Source: an uncultured delta proteobacterium
Lineage (GTDB): Bacteria > Myxococcota_A > Polyangia > Palsa-1104
DNA length: 64,000 nt
Direction: 5' to 3'
Assembly: GCA_963785725.1 (NCBI GenBank)
Contig: CAWAWS010000008.1
Location: 32,001-96,000, forward strand
The position numbers and the translations under genes were made by a program. The notes beneath the pieces were generated by a model. It worked only from the letters and a program-made list of their open reading frames with translations. It searched no databases and was not told the origin of the DNA. Shown here piece after piece: positions 61,876 through 64,000 of the stretch; position 1 is the stretch's first letter; every line of letters begins with the position of its first letter.

Positions 61876-63942
61876 ATGCTCGTTCGTCGCTGCGCGGCTG
61901 TCGTCGCGCTCCTTGGTTTTGCCGCTTGCGCGCGTGAAGCGGCGCCGGTCGCCACCGCGGTCTCGCCTCTGTCGGTCGCGCTCACGACGTTGCCGCCCTA
62001 CGACGCCGACGGCTGCTACGGCGCCGACTGCGCCAGCGTCGGGCTCGACAACGCGTTCGAGTACGTCATCGTCGGCGCCGGCGCCGGCGGCGGGCCGCTG
62101 GCGGCGCGGCTGGCGCGCGCCGGCCATCGCGTGCTGCTGCTCGAAGCCGGCAGCGACGCCGGCGACCGGCTCACCTACCAAATCCCCGCCTGGCACGTGC
62201 TCGCCAGCGAAGACGCGGCCATGCGCTGGGACTACTTCGTGCAGCATTACGACGACCCGGCGCAGGCCGCGCGCGACGACAAGCTCGTCCGCGACGGCGC
62301 CGGCAATCCCGAAGGCATCTGGTATCCGCGCGGCAGCGGCGTCGGCGGCAGCACGGCGTTGAACGCGCTCATCGCGGTGACGCCGCACGACAGCGACTGG
62401 AACGACCTCGCGACGACGCTGGCCGCCGAAGATCCCAGCGGCTCGTGGTCGGCGGCCGCCATGCGCCAATATTTCGTGCGCGCCGAGAACAACGGCTACT
62501 TGCCCGCCGGCACCGTCGGCCACGGCTTTACCGGCTGGATGACCGTCGACGTCTTCCTGGATCGCCTCGTCGACTACCTGATGGCCGCCATCGACCTAAA
62601 GATGTTACGCGTCATCATTGCTACGATCGTGCAGACCGGCCAAGAGCTGGGCACGACCTTGCCGTTCGATCCCGTCGCCGACGTCACGCGGCTCTTGTCG
62701 TACGTGCAAAGCGACCTCAACTCGGCCGATCCGGGGCGCGACACGCGGCAAGGCTCGTTCCGCGTGCCCGAGCAGACGCTCGGCGGCAAGCGCAACGGCG
62801 TGCGCGAGTTCGTCATCGACACCATCGCCGCCGGCTATCCGCTGACGTTGAAGACGCACGCCTTGGCGACGCGCGTCCTCTTCGATCGTTCGGCGGCGCG
62901 GCCGCGCGCCACCGGCGTCGAATTCCTCGACGGCGCCGACCTGTACGCCGCCGCGCCCGTGCAAAATACGAGCGCCGGCGTCACGCGCCAGATCCGCGTC
63001 TCGGGCGAGGTCGTGCTGTCGGCCGGCACGTTCAATACGCCGCAGCTGCTCATGCTGTCGGGCATCGGCGACAAGACGGCGCTGGCCGCGCAAGGCATCG
63101 ACAGCGTCGTCGACCTGCCCGGCGTCGGCGCCAATCTGCAAGATCGCTACGAGATGAGCGTCATCGGCGAGATGACGAGCGTCTTCGGCGACGCGTTCAC
63201 GCTCATCAAGGACTGCAGCTTCGACCCGACCAAGACGCCGGCGCAGCTCGCGGTCAGCGACGTCTGCTACGCCTTGTGGCAGCAGCAGCTCGGCGTCTAC
63301 ACCATCAACGGCACCGCCGTCGGCGTCGTCAAGAGATCGAGCACGGCCGGCGCCGATCCCGACCTCTTCATCTTCGGCTTACCCGGCTATTTCCGCGGCT
63401 ACTATCCCGGCTACAGCCGCGACGCCGTCGCTTCGCGCCGCTATTTCTCGTGGGTCATCTTGAAGGCGCATTCGCGCAACCACGCCGGCACCGTGACGCT
63501 GGCGTCCGCCGATCCGCGCGCGCGGCCCGCCATCCACTTCCGCTCGTTCGCGCAAGGCGGCGACGCCGACCTGCAGGCGGTCGTCGACGGCGTCGGCTTC
63601 GTGCGCCGCATCGTCGCCAAGACCGAGGCGCTCTCGCCGCCGCTCACCGACTCCTTCACCGAGGTCTATCCCGGCGCCGCCGTCGGTCCGGCGCAGCTGC
63701 CGCAATTCATCAAGAACGAAGCGTGGGGACATCACGCCTGCGGCACGGCGAAAATAGGCGCCGCCGACGATCCGATGGCCGTGCTCGACAGCCGCTTTCG
63801 CGTGCGCGGCGCCGATGGTCTGCGCGTCGTCGACGCCTCGGTCTTCCCCGACATCCCCGGCTATTTCTTGGCCGTCCCCGTCTACATGATCAGCGAGAAG
63901 GCCGCCGACGTCATCGACCAGGATTCGCGCGTCATCAAGTAG
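61876..63942 (+). CDS. GMC (glucose-methanol-choline) family flavo-oxidoreductase lipoprotein
   Basis: GGGAG RBS; lipobox GFAAC; VGAGAGGG, LLEAG, PRGSGVGGSTALNA, SAGTFNTPQLLMLSGIG, WGHHACGT and VVDASVFP motifs. Confidence 0.93.
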   Translation: MLVRRCAAVVALLGFAACAREAAPVATAVSPLSVALTTLPPYDADGCYGADCASVGLDNAFEYVIVGAGAGGGPLAARLARAGHRVLLLEAGSDAGDRLTYQIPAWHVLASEDAAMRWDYFVQHYDDPAQAARDDKLVRDGAGNPEGIWYPRGSGVGGSTALNALIAVTPHDSDWNDLATTLAAEDPSGSWSAAAMRQYFVRAENNGYLPAGTVGHGFTGWMTVDVFLDRLVDYLMAAIDLKMLRVIIATIVQTGQELGTTLPFDPVADVTRLLSYVQSDLNSADPGRDTRQGSFRVPEQTLGGKRNGVREFVIDTIAAGYPLTLKTHALATRVLFDRSAARPRATGVEFLDGADLYAAAPVQNTSAGVTRQIRVSGEVVLSAGTFNTPQLLMLSGIGDKTALAAQGIDSVVDLPGVGANLQDRYEMSVIGEMTSVFGDAFTLIKDCSFDPTKTPAQLAVSDVCYALWQQQLGVYTINGTAVGVVKRSSTAGADPDLFIFGLPGYFRGYYPGYSRDAVASRRYFSWVILKAHSRNHAGTVTLASADPRARPAIHFRSFAQGGDADLQAVVDGVGFVRRIVAKTEALSPPLTDSFTEVYPGAAVGPAQLPQFIKNEAWGHHACGTAKIGAADDPMAVLDSRFRVRGADGLRVVDASVFPDIPGYFLAVPVYMISEKAADVIDQDSRVIK

Positions 63943-64000
63943 CGGCGCGGACGACGTGCGCGGGGGTCGCGCCGAGGCCCAGCTTCTCGGTCCACGCGGC

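Overview
A very GC-rich bacterial window whose gene content points to Myxococcota (Polyangia-like). The evidence is a MYXO-CTERM-type sorting tail, Ser/Thr kinase-TPR-PEGA modules, a Myxococcales-type ECF sigma factor, many Cys-rich lipoproteins, and dense two-component signalling with a CheB-CheR fusion and an orphan CheR. I call about 55 CDS. I could not see any rRNA, tRNA, CRISPR array or mobile element. At least eight single-base frameshifts break otherwise intact genes, most likely from sequencing or assembly errors; one of them creates a false transglutaminase-GH43 fusion in the ORF track. Most notable observations: (1) a stand-alone 56-aa double-glycine-leader peptide gene (56561-56731, minus) with a sigma54-type promoter, RBS and terminator, resembling an orphan RiPP precursor; (2) a cluster of three exported proteins at 58561-63942 (hypothetical protein, di-heme RoxA/CcP-MauG-like lipoprotein, GMC flavo-oxidoreductase lipoprotein) of unknown chemistry; (3) back-to-back GGAAC-N16-CGTT ECF promoters linking a sigma/zinc anti-sigma pair to a DoxX gene; (4) a shared TGTCTC-N6-GAGAC palindrome upstream of two distant operons; (5) recurrent D-[LM]-[AST] linker repeats in unrelated exported proteins; (6) a eukaryote-like EXPERA/EBP membrane protein. 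All family assignments come from motif recognition by eye, not from database searches.
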